Virus record (IMG/VR): IMGVR_UViG_3300014205_000170
Span: 128,001-192,000 of that record
Strand: one strand, 5' to 3'
Length of the DNA: 64,000 nucleotides
From: a virus
Taxonomy: Duplodnaviria; Caudoviricetes
Shown here: positions 40,408-50,591 of the stretch, one piece after another
Layout of the letters: the number at the start of each line of letters is the position of its first letter
How positions within the stretch are numbered: the stretch's first letter is position 1
Translations under genes and position numbers: made by a program
The notes under the pieces: generated by a model
The model's database searches: none
The model's input: the letters and a program-made list of their open reading frames with translations, nothing else
Told to the model about the DNA's origin: nothing

Positions 40408-41337
40408 TTAGATATTCAAGGTAAGGTAACCATCTAAGGTTTTTTGAGCTTCTTTATAAGATTTAAGGGCAATTTTTTGCTCTTTACCTGCTTTTGCAAT
40501 ATCTAAATAATTACAAAGAGTTAGAAAAATTTTCAAAGTATCAGTATTGTATTTTTCTAAATCTACCATACCGACAAATTCTTTATAAGAAGGTAATCTC
40601 TGGTTTTTTAAAATAAGCCCATCTTTATAAAGTATTCTTAAAAGCTCTGAATAATTCGCTTTATCTTCCTCTAATTTTTTCTTCTTTTTTTCTATAAATC
40701 CTTGAAAATCTTCTTGTTGTGTATTTTCGTTTATCTCTGAATCCTCTTCGAAAATTGATTCTTTAATCTCATTCTTCTCGATGGCAGTATCAAATCCAGA
40801 TTCTGCTTTTTCTAATTCAACCACTGAGTCTAATTTCACTTCATCAATCTTATTGGAAATGGTATTTGTTTTAATTACATAAGAAATGAGTAAGTGTAAA
40901 AAACATAATGAAATTATTGGCAATACTGCTCCTGAAAAAATAGCTATTATTCGTTTAACAAAAATCACATCTGTATTATCAAATATATCAAAGCCAAATA
41001 ATTCAGTAAAATTCTTTATTAAATTAGAGTCTTGAATCATTTTATTGGTAGTTGTATCATACGCATAATAGGTATTACCCATCATTTGAAATAGCGTTAA
41101 TAGAATAAAAATAAGCCATATGGTTGTCTTACTTATTTTATCCATAGCTACTAGTCCAGCCAATGAAGAAAGAGCTCCCAATTCAAAAGCAACAGCCAAT
41201 ACAATTGATAAAGTATAATAATTACTTAATTCAAAAAAACTAATTACGTGAATTGTACTTACGAAAGAAGTAATAAGTGGTACAATTATAAAAGAAGTTA
41301 TAATCCACCAAGATGCTTTGTTTTTATTTGTTGACAT
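40408..41337 (-). CDS. membrane protein, 4 TM plus acidic/coiled C-terminal domain
   Basis: TM N-half; second gene of a TATTTATA-led pair. Confidence 0.6.
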   Translation of the reverse strand: MSTNKNKASWWIITSFIIVPLITSFVSTIHVISFFELSNYYTLSIVLAVAFELGALSSLAGLVAMDKISKTTIWLIFILLTLFQMMGNTYYAYDTTTNKMIQDSNLIKNFTELFGFDIFDNTDVIFVKRIIAIFSGAVLPIISLCFLHLLISYVIKTNTISNKIDEVKLDSVVELEKAESGFDTAIEKNEIKESIFEEDSEINENTQQEDFQGFIEKKKKKLEEDKANYSELLRILYKDGLILKNQRLPSYKEFVGMVDLEKYNTDTLKIFLTLCNYLDIAKAGKEQKIALKSYKEAQKTLDGYLTLNI

Positions 41338-41338
41338 C

Positions 41339-41686
41339 TTATTTTATATTTTTCAATTTTTCTTGAAGTATTTTTATCTTGTTGTTATAACTATTTATAG
41401 CATCATCCGGACGCGTTGTAGTACGAACAATAGCATTGTTTGTATACACCACTTCTCTAGCGATTTCCAGAGCATTGATTTCTAAAAGTATTTCAAGCTT
41501 TTCGTTTGAAACTTTTTGTTTTAAGGTTGAATCTAAAGCATGAATTGTTTGGTCTAACTTATCTATTCTGCGAGATTCTTTTAAAATTCCACCTTTAGTA
41601 CCACATGTACTAAGAAGAATACATATTCCTAAAAAAATAAGGATTAGTATTCCATATTTATTTGCAAATTCTACGATTTTTTTCAT
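41339..41686 (-). CDS. membrane-anchored coiled-coil protein (possible lipoprotein)
   Basis: N-terminal TM ending LSTCG; TATTTATA at 41690. Confidence 0.55.
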   Translation of the reverse strand: MKKIVEFANKYGILILIFLGICILLSTCGTKGGILKESRRIDKLDQTIHALDSTLKQKVSNEKLEILLEINALEIAREVVYTNNAIVRTTTRPDDAINSYNNKIKILQEKLKNIK

Positions 41687-41710
41687 GATTATAAATATAT
41701 CAATAAAAGC

Positions 41711-42430
41711 TTATAAAGTCAATAATTGTCTAAGTGGCCACTTAACATATTTTTCAAATAAATGAACATTATATAAAGTCATTTGTCCATAATTTTTAGT
41801 TGATAATGGAAACTTCACTGAAGTCACTGTGTCTTTATCATTATAACAAAAATGCATATTACCAGTATTACTTATATAACAAGGTAATTCTCCTGCTTGA
41901 TAATTAAATTTTCTACAATTTATTCCATTCCAATGCCATTGCACTGAATCCTTCGTTATTTTAGAAGGCATATCATTAAAACTATGAAGTTGTCCTTTAC
42001 TATTTAGCCACTCCAAAGTGATATTTAACTCTTCTGCTGGTTTTGGGTCTTTAAAAAATCTGGAAACGTCTTGAGTTACTGTTACTCTATTGAAAAGATT
42101 ATTTTTACGATATGGCTCACCATGTTTATGCCATTCTATTTCTAACCACTTATAACTACCATATGTTATTCTAGATGGCATTCCATTAAAGCTATGAAGA
42201 CGACCATTTGCATCACCCCACTCTATTGAAACAAAAGAATGACCTCTAAAAATCATACCACCAAAATCATACTCTAGATGTTCAGCTTCTTCTTCAAAGT
42301 CAACATTAGGCTTTACGTGTTTTTCGAATAAAACATTTCTACTTTCATCACCTACTAGTTTTAGACTTTTAATTTTGTCAAATGCTCTATCAAGTAATCT
42401 TTGAACTTTTATATGTTTTGGTTCGCTCAC
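41711..42430 (-). CDS. protein with LHS..D.PS beta-repeats
   Basis: [11 protein letters not shown] / [11 protein letters not shown] repeats. Confidence 0.55.
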   Translation of the reverse strand: MSEPKHIKVQRLLDRAFDKIKSLKLVGDESRNVLFEKHVKPNVDFEEEAEHLEYDFGGMIFRGHSFVSIEWGDANGRLHSFNGMPSRITYGSYKWLEIEWHKHGEPYRKNNLFNRVTVTQDVSRFFKDPKPAEELNITLEWLNSKGQLHSFNDMPSKITKDSVQWHWNGINCRKFNYQAGELPCYISNTGNMHFCYNDKDTVTSVKFPLSTKNYGQMTLYNVHLFEKYVKWPLRQLLTL

Positions 42431-43575
42431 GAATGCAATTCATCATATTCTCTCATTCGAGAATATATGCCTTTTAAGTGTTCAGTATTTTTTTCATCTG
42501 GGATAGATAATTTTACCTTTTTAAGTTTAGAAATAATCTTTTTATCCGCTTCGGAAATGTTTTTTGGAATGAAAATATTAATAAATATAAGTTGGTCTCC
42601 ACGTTGTGTTGGATTATCAATTACCGGAATACCCTTTCCTTTTAAACGAAGAATTTTTCCAGTTTCAGTTCCTGGCTCTATTTTTATTTTAGCATTTCCA
42701 TCTGCTGTTTCGATTTCAATGGAATCATTCCCTAAAACAGCATCTAAATAACTAACAAATACATCTAAAAAAATATTGTGACCTTCTCGTTTTAATTTTG
42801 GATGTTCAATTTCAGTAATTTCAACAATAAGTTTTCCATTTTCTCCACCACCTTTAGCTTCACAACCTAAATTGCCAAAACTCATATTTATCCCTTGCAC
42901 AGCTCCTGCTGGTATATCAATTTCAACTTGTTCGCTATGTCCAACTAAACCATTACCTGCACAAGATGTACAAACATCTTTTATTGATTGCCCTGAACCA
43001 CTACATTTATCACATGTATGTTGAGTCATAACTACGCCCAACATCGTTTGTTGATGTGTGGTTATAACACCGGAACCTTGACAGTTGACACACATTACAA
43101 AAGAATCTTTATTTTTGGCACCACTACCAGAACATGTTTTACAATTAACTTCTCTTGGAAGAATAATTTTTTTATGTACACCCGTAATAGTTTCGTGAAT
43201 AGTTAAAGGTATTTTTACTCTTAAATCTTTTCCTTTATTTACTGCTTGACGTTGACGTTGTCTTCCATTAAAACCTCCTCCAAAATGTCCGCCAAATCCT
43301 CTAAAAAATTCAGCCATAATATCATCACCAAATCCCGTGTGGTTAAATCCTCCAAAATTATCTCCGCTTACTTCGCCTCTATCAAATTTAGCTTTTTTAT
43401 CTGGGTCGCTCAGTATTTCATACGCTTCAGCGATTTCTTTAAATTTTTCTTCTGCTTCTTTATTACCTGGATTTTTATCCGGATGATTTTGAAGAGCTAA
43501 TTTACGATATGCTTTTTTTATTTCTTCAGCAGAAGCATTCTTTTCAACGCCTAATATTTTATAGTACTCTTTCAT
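42427..43575 (-). CDS. dnaJ: molecular chaperone DnaJ (class A)
   Basis: J domain HPD, G/F-rich linker, four CxxCxGxG, C-terminal domain. Confidence 0.97.
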   Translation of the reverse strand: MKEYYKILGVEKNASAEEIKKAYRKLALQNHPDKNPGNKEAEEKFKEIAEAYEILSDPDKKAKFDRGEVSGDNFGGFNHTGFGDDIMAEFFRGFGGHFGGGFNGRQRQRQAVNKGKDLRVKIPLTIHETITGVHKKIILPREVNCKTCSGSGAKNKDSFVMCVNCQGSGVITTHQQTMLGVVMTQHTCDKCSGSGQSIKDVCTSCAGNGLVGHSEQVEIDIPAGAVQGINMSFGNLGCEAKGGGENGKLIVEITEIEHPKLKREGHNIFLDVFVSYLDAVLGNDSIEIETADGNAKIKIEPGTETGKILRLKGKGIPVIDNPTQRGDQLIFINIFIPKNISEADKKIISKLKKVKLSIPDEKNTEHLKGIYSRMREYDELHS

Positions 43576-43578
43576 GTT

Positions 43579-43884
43579 TTAATTTTTTCTATGATGTTGT
43601 TCATTTCTATCGTAAAAATCTGGTTCTTTCTTCTCAATCCATTTAATGAATTTTTGTATTTCTTCATGAGAACAAACTTTATTTGGGTCGTTATATTCTT
43701 TTTCTAATTCTTTTTCAGTCCATAAAGAATGAATTTTTCTATGACAAATTTTATGTAAAAACTCTGAATCTTTTCCACCTTTACATTTTGGTATAAAATG
43801 ATGTTTATCAATAGATGGACCCTTCCACATATCTCTATCGCAAATAGGACAAATACCTACAATTTCTATTTTTTCTTTTTTCAA
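43579..43884 (-). CDS. HNH endonuclease-like small protein
   Basis: CPIC, HHFIPK..GG, LHKICHRKIH. Confidence 0.75.
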   Translation of the reverse strand: MKKEKIEIVGICPICDRDMWKGPSIDKHHFIPKCKGGKDSEFLHKICHRKIHSLWTEKELEKEYNDPNKVCSHEEIQKFIKWIEKKEPDFYDRNEQHHRKN

Positions 43885-43902
43885 TTCAAACTATTTTAAA
43901 CG

Positions 43903-43933
43903 ACAAAGCGAAATACTAAAGATAGTATTCCGC
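43903..43933 (-). terminator. probable terminator hairpin
   Basis: GCGGAATACTA-tctt-TAGTATTTCGC followed by TTTGT on minus. Confidence 0.55.
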
Positions 43934-43971
43934 TAGTCTAGGGTTTGCCCATCCTTTATTGTAAGCGCTCC

Positions 43972-44430
43972 TTACTCTTGTTCATAAACCATAGAACTGT
44001 TTATCATTATGATTTCATAATGACCTTTACTGTTCTTTACAAATTTATAGCTATAATTTTTATTTAAAAATTTAACTCCAATTTTTTCTTCTGCTTCATT
44101 AATGAAAGTTAATTCACATTCGCAATGAAATGTTTTTTCTTTCGAAACAATATTGCCCGATTTTAAAGTTCTAGTTTTAGAATCTCTACTACAAAGCAAT
44201 TGACCATTTTTTTCATAGATGTTGAACCTGTCGAAGATAAAAACACTGTCAGCTCTTGAAGGTATTCTTAAAAAATATTTTCCTAAAAATTTAGAATAAT
44301 CTTTTGGTAACTGCTTAACTTGAATTGATTGAATCGGTGGAGTTTTTACATCTGTTGATTCTTGTTGCGAGAAACAGCAGCTAGTAATTAGTAATAATGT
44401 AATCGTAATTAAATTTGTAAGGGTTTTCAT
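43972..44430 (-). CDS. secreted hypothetical protein
   Basis: Signal peptide ending FSQ. Confidence 0.55.
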   Translation of the reverse strand: MKTLTNLITITLLLITSCCFSQQESTDVKTPPIQSIQVKQLPKDYSKFLGKYFLRIPSRADSVFIFDRFNIYEKNGQLLCSRDSKTRTLKSGNIVSKEKTFHCECELTFINEAEEKIGVKFLNKNYSYKFVKNSKGHYEIIMINSSMVYEQE

Positions 44431-44442
44431 ATTATATTGTTT

Positions 44443-45138
44443 TTATTTTTGTCTTTTTTCTAAAGTTTCATCTATCAACCCAAATTCTTTCGCTTCAGTA
44501 GGAGTCATCCAATAATCTAATTTACACTTTTCTTTTATGATATCATAAGATTGACCAGATTTTGCAGATAAAATTTTATATAAAGATTGCTCTTCTTTCA
44601 TCATTTCTTCAAAATTTACAGCTATATCTGAACTTTTACCTTCCATACCGGTAGAAACTTGATGTATCATAGTTTTAGCGCTTTTTAAAGCATATCTCTT
44701 GCCTTTTGTACCACAAGCTAAAATTACAGCTCCCATACTTGCACACATCCCTATATTAACAACAGAAACATCTGGAGTAATATATTCCATAACATCAATT
44801 AGACTTTTACCAGCCACTGTGCTTCCACCTGGACTATTTAAATACATGATAATGTCTTTCTTAGAGTCTGTCATTTCTAAAAACAATAATTGCGCAATAG
44901 TAATGTTTGTTACTTCATCCATAACCGGATGACCAAAGAAAATAACTCTATCTTTTAAAAGTCGTGTGTATACATCATAACTAATCAAAGAACCATTAGA
45001 AGCTTCTTCTACAACAGAAGGGCTTATATTTACAGTATCTATTAATTTATTAGTTTGTTGTGAAATGATTTTGTAGTTGTAGCCAAGTTTTCTGGCATTA
45101 AATTCAAAATTTTGAATTAGAGAGTCTATTTGTTTCAT
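44443..45138 (-). CDS. clpP: ATP-dependent Clp protease proteolytic subunit
   Basis: DVYTRLLKDRVIF, YLNSPGGS, GMCASMGA (Ser), MIHQ (His), DYWM (Asp); ATG at 45138 lies downstream of TACATTTG promoter. Confidence 0.95.
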   Translation of the reverse strand: MKQIDSLIQNFEFNARKLGYNYKIISQQTNKLIDTVNISPSVVEEASNGSLISYDVYTRLLKDRVIFFGHPVMDEVTNITIAQLLFLEMTDSKKDIIMYLNSPGGSTVAGKSLIDVMEYITPDVSVVNIGMCASMGAVILACGTKGKRYALKSAKTMIHQVSTGMEGKSSDIAVNFEEMMKEEQSLYKILSAKSGQSYDIIKEKCKLDYWMTPTEAKEFGLIDETLEKRQK

Positions 45139-45194
45139 TGCTTTAATTTTTATTTCAAAGCAAATGTAACTAAAAATAGATAGCAACAAAAAAA

Positions 45195-45881
45195 TTACAG
45201 AGTTTTTTTCTGTAATTCTTCAATTTGTTTATTAACGCCTAATTTTTTTTGGTTTATTTCTACGTATACATTGTACAATCTATCCATTAACTCAGGCTGG
45301 TTAAGGGTAAGGAAGATTTTATCATTAAAAAAAGTAGGCATGTCAACTACACAGTTGTTCCTGTCTCTGTCCCAGAAATCGTTTAGACATACTGGTTTTA
45401 TAAGATGAACTCCTAGAATAAATGGTTTACCGTATTTGGTTTTAAGAAAAGTAACAAGATTCATTTCTGTAATTTTGTCAAATCTATAATATTGTCTAAC
45501 AATATCTTTAGTAGAATATTTTTCTATCATAACATCCCTTTTCCCATTCATTAGATATTCTCTGTATTTTAAAGAACATAATGGCAAATTAGATATCTCA
45601 GATAAAAAATATATAGCTACATGTGTTAGAGAACTATTGAAATCAAAATATTTAAGCTGTTTTTTCCCAAAAAATCCATATATTTTTCGAAAATCCGGAT
45701 ATACATTAGATTTAGAATCGTACTGACTTAACGTAACATAACTGAATATTTTGATAGATTTTAAAGAAGACTTAATTATAAAGCCATATAAAATTCCAGA
45801 CCATACTATACCAAATACAGTATAAACACCATTGGAAAATTTCCCTACTGAAAAACGAATTATTTTTTGCTGAAAAGACAT
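45195..45881 (-). CDS. hypothetical protein
   Basis: ORF between clpC and clpP. Confidence 0.5.
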   Translation of the reverse strand: MSFQQKIIRFSVGKFSNGVYTVFGIVWSGILYGFIIKSSLKSIKIFSYVTLSQYDSKSNVYPDFRKIYGFFGKKQLKYFDFNSSLTHVAIYFLSEISNLPLCSLKYREYLMNGKRDVMIEKYSTKDIVRQYYRFDKITEMNLVTFLKTKYGKPFILGVHLIKPVCLNDFWDRDRNNCVVDMPTFFNDKIFLTLNQPELMDRLYNVYVEINQKKLGVNKQIEELQKKTL

Positions 45882-45884
45882 AAG

Positions 45885-45910
45885 AAAAAAACCTAGATTT
45901 CTCTAGGTTT
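45885..45910 (-). terminator. intrinsic terminator after clpC
   Basis: AAACCTAGA-gaaa-TCTAGGTTT plus T-run on minus. Confidence 0.75.
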
Positions 45911-45916
45911 CTAAGT

Positions 45917-47938
45917 TTATTTTTTGGAGATTTTCACCTCTTGCTTATCATTGTCCCAATCAGCAATAATTGTGTCTCCGGCTTTAAATTTCTTCAACAA
46001 CAATTCTTTTGAAATAGGAGTTTGAATATATTTCGTTATCATACGTAGAATAGGTCTCGCACCAAATTCATCACTATAACCATCTTTTGCAATAATATCT
46101 TTTAAAGCATCACTAACTTCAAGTTTAAAATCTTGTTTTTCGATAAGTTTCGCGAAATTATTTAAATGAATATTTGTAATCTCTGCAACGTTTTCTTTTG
46201 TTAAACGATTAAAGAATACTTGTTCATCAAATCTGTTTAAAAGTTCAGGTTTAAAATATTTCTTCAACGCTTTCTTTACGATTGATTCAATATCAGGACC
46301 AGTGCCTTTTCCTAAGCCAAATCCAACTGAAGTCGTTTCAGACAATTCTTTAGTACCAACATTTGAAGTCATAATGATGATGGTGTTTTTAAAGTTTACA
46401 GTTAAACCTTTACCATCAGTCAATTTACCTTCATCCAAAATTTGTAAAAAGATGTTGTGTACAAGAGGATGTGCTTTTTCAATTTCATCAAATAAAACTA
46501 CACAATATGGTTTGTTTCTTACTTTCTCAGTAAGTTGTCCGCCTTCTTCATAACCAACATAACCCGGAGGTGAGCCTTTTAGTTGAGCAATAGTATGAGG
46601 CTCTGTAAACTCGCTCATATCAAATTTAATCATTGCATCTTCATCATTGAAAAGATATTCTGCTATTGCTTTTGCAAGCTCAGTTTTACCAATACCGGTA
46701 GAACCTAAGAACATCAAAGATGCTATTGGTTTTTTAGGACTATTAAGACCTGCGCGATTTCTTTGGATTGCTTCTGCAACTTTTAATACTGCTTCATTTT
46801 GTCCAACAACACGCTTCTGAAGTACTGATGGCATGTTAATCAATTTAACACCTTCATCTTCCGTGATTTTTGTTACAGGAACTCCTATCATTTTTGAAAC
46901 AACTTTTGCTACATCAGATTCTGTTACTGGGAAACGGTTGCTTTTCTCAGATTCTTCCCATTCTTTCTTTTTTAATTCAAGGTCTCTCTCACATTGTTTT
47001 TCTTTATCACGAATTTTTGCAGCCTTTTCGTATTGTTGAGCTTTGACAGCTTGGTCTTTTTCTTTCTTAATATTTTCAATTTCAGTTTCAAGCTCAAGAA
47101 TTTCAGGTGGAGTATTTAAGTTATCAATATGAATTCTCGAACCTACCTCATCAATAATATCAAAAGCTTTATCTGGAAAATATCTTCCGGTGATATATCT
47201 ATCAGCCAATTCAACAGCAGCATTAATTGCTTCTGGTAAAAACGTAACACCATGATGGTCTTCATACATACCTTTGGATTGTGTCACAATTTCTTTAGTT
47301 TCCTCCACTGTAGTTTCTTCAACCATTACTTTTTGGAAACGACGCTCCATAGCACCATCTTTTTCAATTGATGTTTTATACTCATCAAGTGTAGTGGCAC
47401 CAATTACTTGCATCATTCCTCTCGCAAGTGCCGGTTTAATCATATTAGAAGCATCTAAGCTTCCGGCAGCGTTACCAGCACCAATTAAAGTATGTAATTC
47501 ATCAATAAGAGCAATGATGTCAGGATTTTGTTCTAATTCATCTACAATAGCTTTCATTCTTTCCTCAAATTGACCACGGTACTTGGTACCAGCTACAATT
47601 AAAGAAAGGTCAATAGTATAAATCTTTTTGCCATGTAAAATCCTGCAAACATTTTTCTGAACAATTTTCATTGCAAGCCCCTCTGCGATAGCAGTTTTAC
47701 CAACTCCAGGATGACCGATTAATACTGGATTGTTTTTCTTTTTACGGCTTAAAATTTGAATAACGCGGTCAATTTCTTTTTCTCTACCAATTACAGCTTC
47801 TAATTTACCATCAGAAGCCATTTTTGTTAAATCTTTACCAAAATTATCCAACATAGGAGTTCTGGATTTTTCTTTTTTTCTTGTTGTATTTTGTTCTCCA
47901 CCAATATTTTGGTTTTCGTCTTCGATTTGTCCTGCCAT
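45917..47938 (-). CDS. clpC: ClpC-type AAA+ unfoldase lacking the N-terminal Clp repeat domain
   Basis: GHPGVGKT, AGTKYRGQFEER, UVR coiled coil YEKAAKIRD, GSTGIGKT, GSPPGYVGY, VGF ClpP-docking loop. Confidence 0.93.
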   Translation of the reverse strand: MAGQIEDENQNIGGEQNTTRKKEKSRTPMLDNFGKDLTKMASDGKLEAVIGREKEIDRVIQILSRKKKNNPVLIGHPGVGKTAIAEGLAMKIVQKNVCRILHGKKIYTIDLSLIVAGTKYRGQFEERMKAIVDELEQNPDIIALIDELHTLIGAGNAAGSLDASNMIKPALARGMMQVIGATTLDEYKTSIEKDGAMERRFQKVMVEETTVEETKEIVTQSKGMYEDHHGVTFLPEAINAAVELADRYITGRYFPDKAFDIIDEVGSRIHIDNLNTPPEILELETEIENIKKEKDQAVKAQQYEKAAKIRDKEKQCERDLELKKKEWEESEKSNRFPVTESDVAKVVSKMIGVPVTKITEDEGVKLINMPSVLQKRVVGQNEAVLKVAEAIQRNRAGLNSPKKPIASLMFLGSTGIGKTELAKAIAEYLFNDEDAMIKFDMSEFTEPHTIAQLKGSPPGYVGYEEGGQLTEKVRNKPYCVVLFDEIEKAHPLVHNIFLQILDEGKLTDGKGLTVNFKNTIIIMTSNVGTKELSETTSVGFGLGKGTGPDIESIVKKALKKYFKPELLNRFDEQVFFNRLTKENVAEITNIHLNNFAKLIEKQDFKLEVSDALKDIIAKDGYSDEFGARPILRMITKYIQTPISKELLLKKFKAGDTIIADWDNDKQEVKISKK

Positions 47939-47973
47939 ATTAAGGTTATTTTGTGATTTTTATGTTTCTATTC

Positions 47974-48002
47974 TTTAACGAATTTATTTCGTTTTTGTTA
48001 CA
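47974..48002 (-). promoter_or_regulatory. alternative-sigma promoter TGTAAC-N16-CGTTAAA
   Basis: Motif upstream of clpC. Confidence 0.75.
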
Positions 48003-48022
48003 TTTTTACTTATTTCAACATG

Positions 48023-48457
48023 TTAATTTTTACCAGTACTACCAAAACCACCGGCACCACGTTCAGTTTCTGCAAGTTGTTCCACAACAGTCCATTCAAT
48101 AGTTTCGTGTTTTGCAATAACCATTTGAGCTATTCTTTCACCATCCACAACTTCAAAATCTTCATTTGATAAGTTAATTAATAGTACCTGCACCTGTCCA
48201 GTATAAGAACTATCAATAGTGCCTGGCGAATTTAATACTGTAATCCCTTTTTTGAGGGCCAAACCGCTACGAGGACGAATTTGAGCTTCTGTTCCGGAAG
48301 GTAATTGAATAAATAACCCAGTAGGTACCAACGTTCTTTCTAAGGGTTTTAATACAATTGAAGCGTCTACATTAGCTCTTAAGTCCATTCCAGCATCACC
48401 TACTTTTGCATACTTAGGCAATTCGTGTTTTGATTTATTTATTATTGATATATTCAT
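48023..48457 (-). CDS. dut: dUTPase (trimeric)
   Basis: [34 protein letters not shown]. Confidence 0.97.
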   Translation of the reverse strand: MNISIINKSKHELPKYAKVGDAGMDLRANVDASIVLKPLERTLVPTGLFIQLPSGTEAQIRPRSGLALKKGITVLNSPGTIDSSYTGQVQVLLINLSNEDFEVVDGERIAQMVIAKHETIEWTVVEQLAETERGAGGFGSTGKN

Positions 48458-48472
48458 GTTTCAAATTTATAT

Positions 48473-48781
48473 TTAATATTGTTTCAAAGCAAGTTTTTGA
48501 GACCATTCTATTATTTTCTTTTTATCAACACAATACGTGATTTTACCAGATTCTATAATAAGTCTTGGCAATTTTAAAGAAAGAATTCCAGAAGAACTTT
48601 TCATTATCACAATTCCGTTTTTATCATAAGCTTCAACCTCAATATCTTGATGCCAATACCTATATTTAATCTTTACGTTTTTGGTATTGCTCCAATAAAC
48701 ATTGGCGCAACGTTCCACACCGTTCCAGTCAACGTACACCATCCGGTTCAAAGAATCAAATTTTTTTATTGGATATTCCAT
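48473..48781 (-). CDS. hypothetical protein
   Basis: ORF. Confidence 0.5.
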   Translation of the reverse strand: MEYPIKKFDSLNRMVYVDWNGVERCANVYWSNTKNVKIKYRYWHQDIEVEAYDKNGIVIMKSSSGILSLKLPRLIIESGKITYCVDKKKIIEWSQKLALKQY

Positions 48782-48782
48782 T

Positions 48783-49535
48783 TTATTTAAGATTCCTTAC
48801 AAATTCACTCATTCCTACTTTTTGAATAAGTTTTGCATAAACGCGATGACGTTCTGATAGTTTTTCTTTACAAATATTAGTTGTAACCAAAAAACATTGC
48901 AACAATTCAATATCATCACTATATTTTTGTAATAATGTGTCAATTGATTTATTAATGGAATCATAATCTTTTTCTTTTTCAACTTTACTAATAAGTTGAT
49001 AAAATGATGCTGTATGTTTTTGTTTATCGTTATATTCTAATTGAAAAACATCTAAAATATCAGTCAAATTATTTTTTAAATCCCTTAATGTTTGAACTTG
49101 TATACCGGCTTCTTTTAAAAAATTAATCCCATCAACAGTTTTATAATCTTCTCCATATATGACTCTTTTAATGCCAGATTGGTAAATAAGTTTTGAGCAA
49201 TCTCTACAAGGACAACAGGTAATATACAAAGTAGCTCCGCTTGAGCTTTGTGTTGATTTTGTAATTTTAAGTATTGCATTGGCTTCTGCATGTAAAGTAT
49301 ACCAATGTGTGTGCGATTGTTCGTCTTCACATTGATTATCAAAACCAGATGGAGTTCCATTAAACCCATCAGAGATTATCATTCCATCCTTTACGATAAT
49401 AGCACCTACTTTTTTCTTATCACATAGCGATAATTCTGCCCAGCGTTTAGCAATATCCATATATGCTATATCGTATTGCCTTTTTCTGCTGTCTGATTTA
49501 GAATCGTAACTATCTGTCGTTTTATTCGTTTTCAT
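48783..49535 (-). CDS. dCMP deaminase with C-terminal extension
   Basis: VGAIIV, GFNGTPSG, HAEANA, PCRDC. Confidence 0.92.
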   Translation of the reverse strand: MKTNKTTDSYDSKSDSRKRQYDIAYMDIAKRWAELSLCDKKKVGAIIVKDGMIISDGFNGTPSGFDNQCEDEQSHTHWYTLHAEANAILKITKSTQSSSGATLYITCCPCRDCSKLIYQSGIKRVIYGEDYKTVDGINFLKEAGIQVQTLRDLKNNLTDILDVFQLEYNDKQKHTASFYQLISKVEKEKDYDSINKSIDTLLQKYSDDIELLQCFLVTTNICKEKLSERHRVYAKLIQKVGMSEFVRNLK

Positions 49536-49598
49536 ATTCTAGGAGCAAATTTAAAACAAAAAACTATCATTTTTACAAACAATTGTTATATTTCTATA

Positions 49599-50042
49599 AT
49601 GAAACGACTTATTTTAATAACATTTTTCTTATTTTCTTTTATAAGTTTTAAATGTTCAGTAAAAGATACCAGTAAACTATTTTTGAATATTCATTCTAAT
49701 ATTAAAGAAGAGCTTACAAGTAATTTATTTAAATCCTTTGTTGATAGAAAATTTGAAAACTTAATGATGTTTTTAAATTTAAATGTTGAATTCGTATTCA
49801 AAGACAAAAGTGGGGAAATCTATTATGATAGAGTTACAGACTTAGGAGCAATTAGTAATTTAAATCACATGTTTGGCAGTTCAACTTATGACCGCATCAA
49901 ACTTAAGATTGGAAAAAATGATAATGATGATGATACATTCTTAATTGAGATATTTTTTCTTGAAGGATATGAAACAGCAGATTTAAAAGTGTTTTTTGTT
50001 TTAAATAAAAACAATGCAATTAAAATCATTATCATAGAATAG
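49599..50042 (+). CDS. secreted/lipoprotein hypothetical
   Basis: N-terminal signal peptide. Confidence 0.5.
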   Translation: MKRLILITFFLFSFISFKCSVKDTSKLFLNIHSNIKEELTSNLFKSFVDRKFENLMMFLNLNVEFVFKDKSGEIYYDRVTDLGAISNLNHMFGSSTYDRIKLKIGKNDNDDDTFLIEIFFLEGYETADLKVFFVLNKNNAIKIIIIE

Positions 50043-50582
50043 TTATATTCTATGAGCAACTCCAGTTTTGGAATCTATATAAAATCCAACTCTATGAGCT
50101 TCGTTTCCAATTTTTTCCCCCTGTATAAATCTTTTTCGAACAAGTTCAATTGCATAAAAATTATTAAAAATACTCAAAAACTCTTCTTTATGACTTTCAG
50201 GTGTTGCGTATAACCTTCTTACTTTTTGAATGTTTTTAGAATTATTAAAGTGATTAAACAGAGCATCTACATCTAGATTAACAATAAATTCAAACCAAAA
50301 CAATTCTTCTTGACTCAAATGAATACTTACTGGATATATTTCTTTTATAGGTAAATTTAATAAACTTGAAACATTTAAAAAAGAACAATTCTTACTGTTG
50401 TGTATATTAATTTTCTTGATTTTAGCATTGATTGAATCAAAAATTCTAGACAAACCACCTTCGTCAATAAAATTGTTATTTGGTCTACTATGTAATACAG
50501 ATAATGCTGCATTGAAAGCGTGCTTAAAATAATAAGTCAAAAAAATGTCAACGAAAATATTTCGTACTAGTATTTCTCTCAT
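50043..50582 (-). CDS. hypothetical protein
   Basis: ORF. Confidence 0.5.
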   Translation of the reverse strand: MREILVRNIFVDIFLTYYFKHAFNAALSVLHSRPNNNFIDEGGLSRIFDSINAKIKKINIHNSKNCSFLNVSSLLNLPIKEIYPVSIHLSQEELFWFEFIVNLDVDALFNHFNNSKNIQKVRRLYATPESHKEEFLSIFNNFYAIELVRKRFIQGEKIGNEAHRVGFYIDSKTGVAHRI

Positions 50583-50591
50583 AAAGTTGTG

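Noticed and set aside
45139-45189. Longer clpP start
   Set aside because: Overlaps the TACATTTG promoter; ATG 45138 fits better
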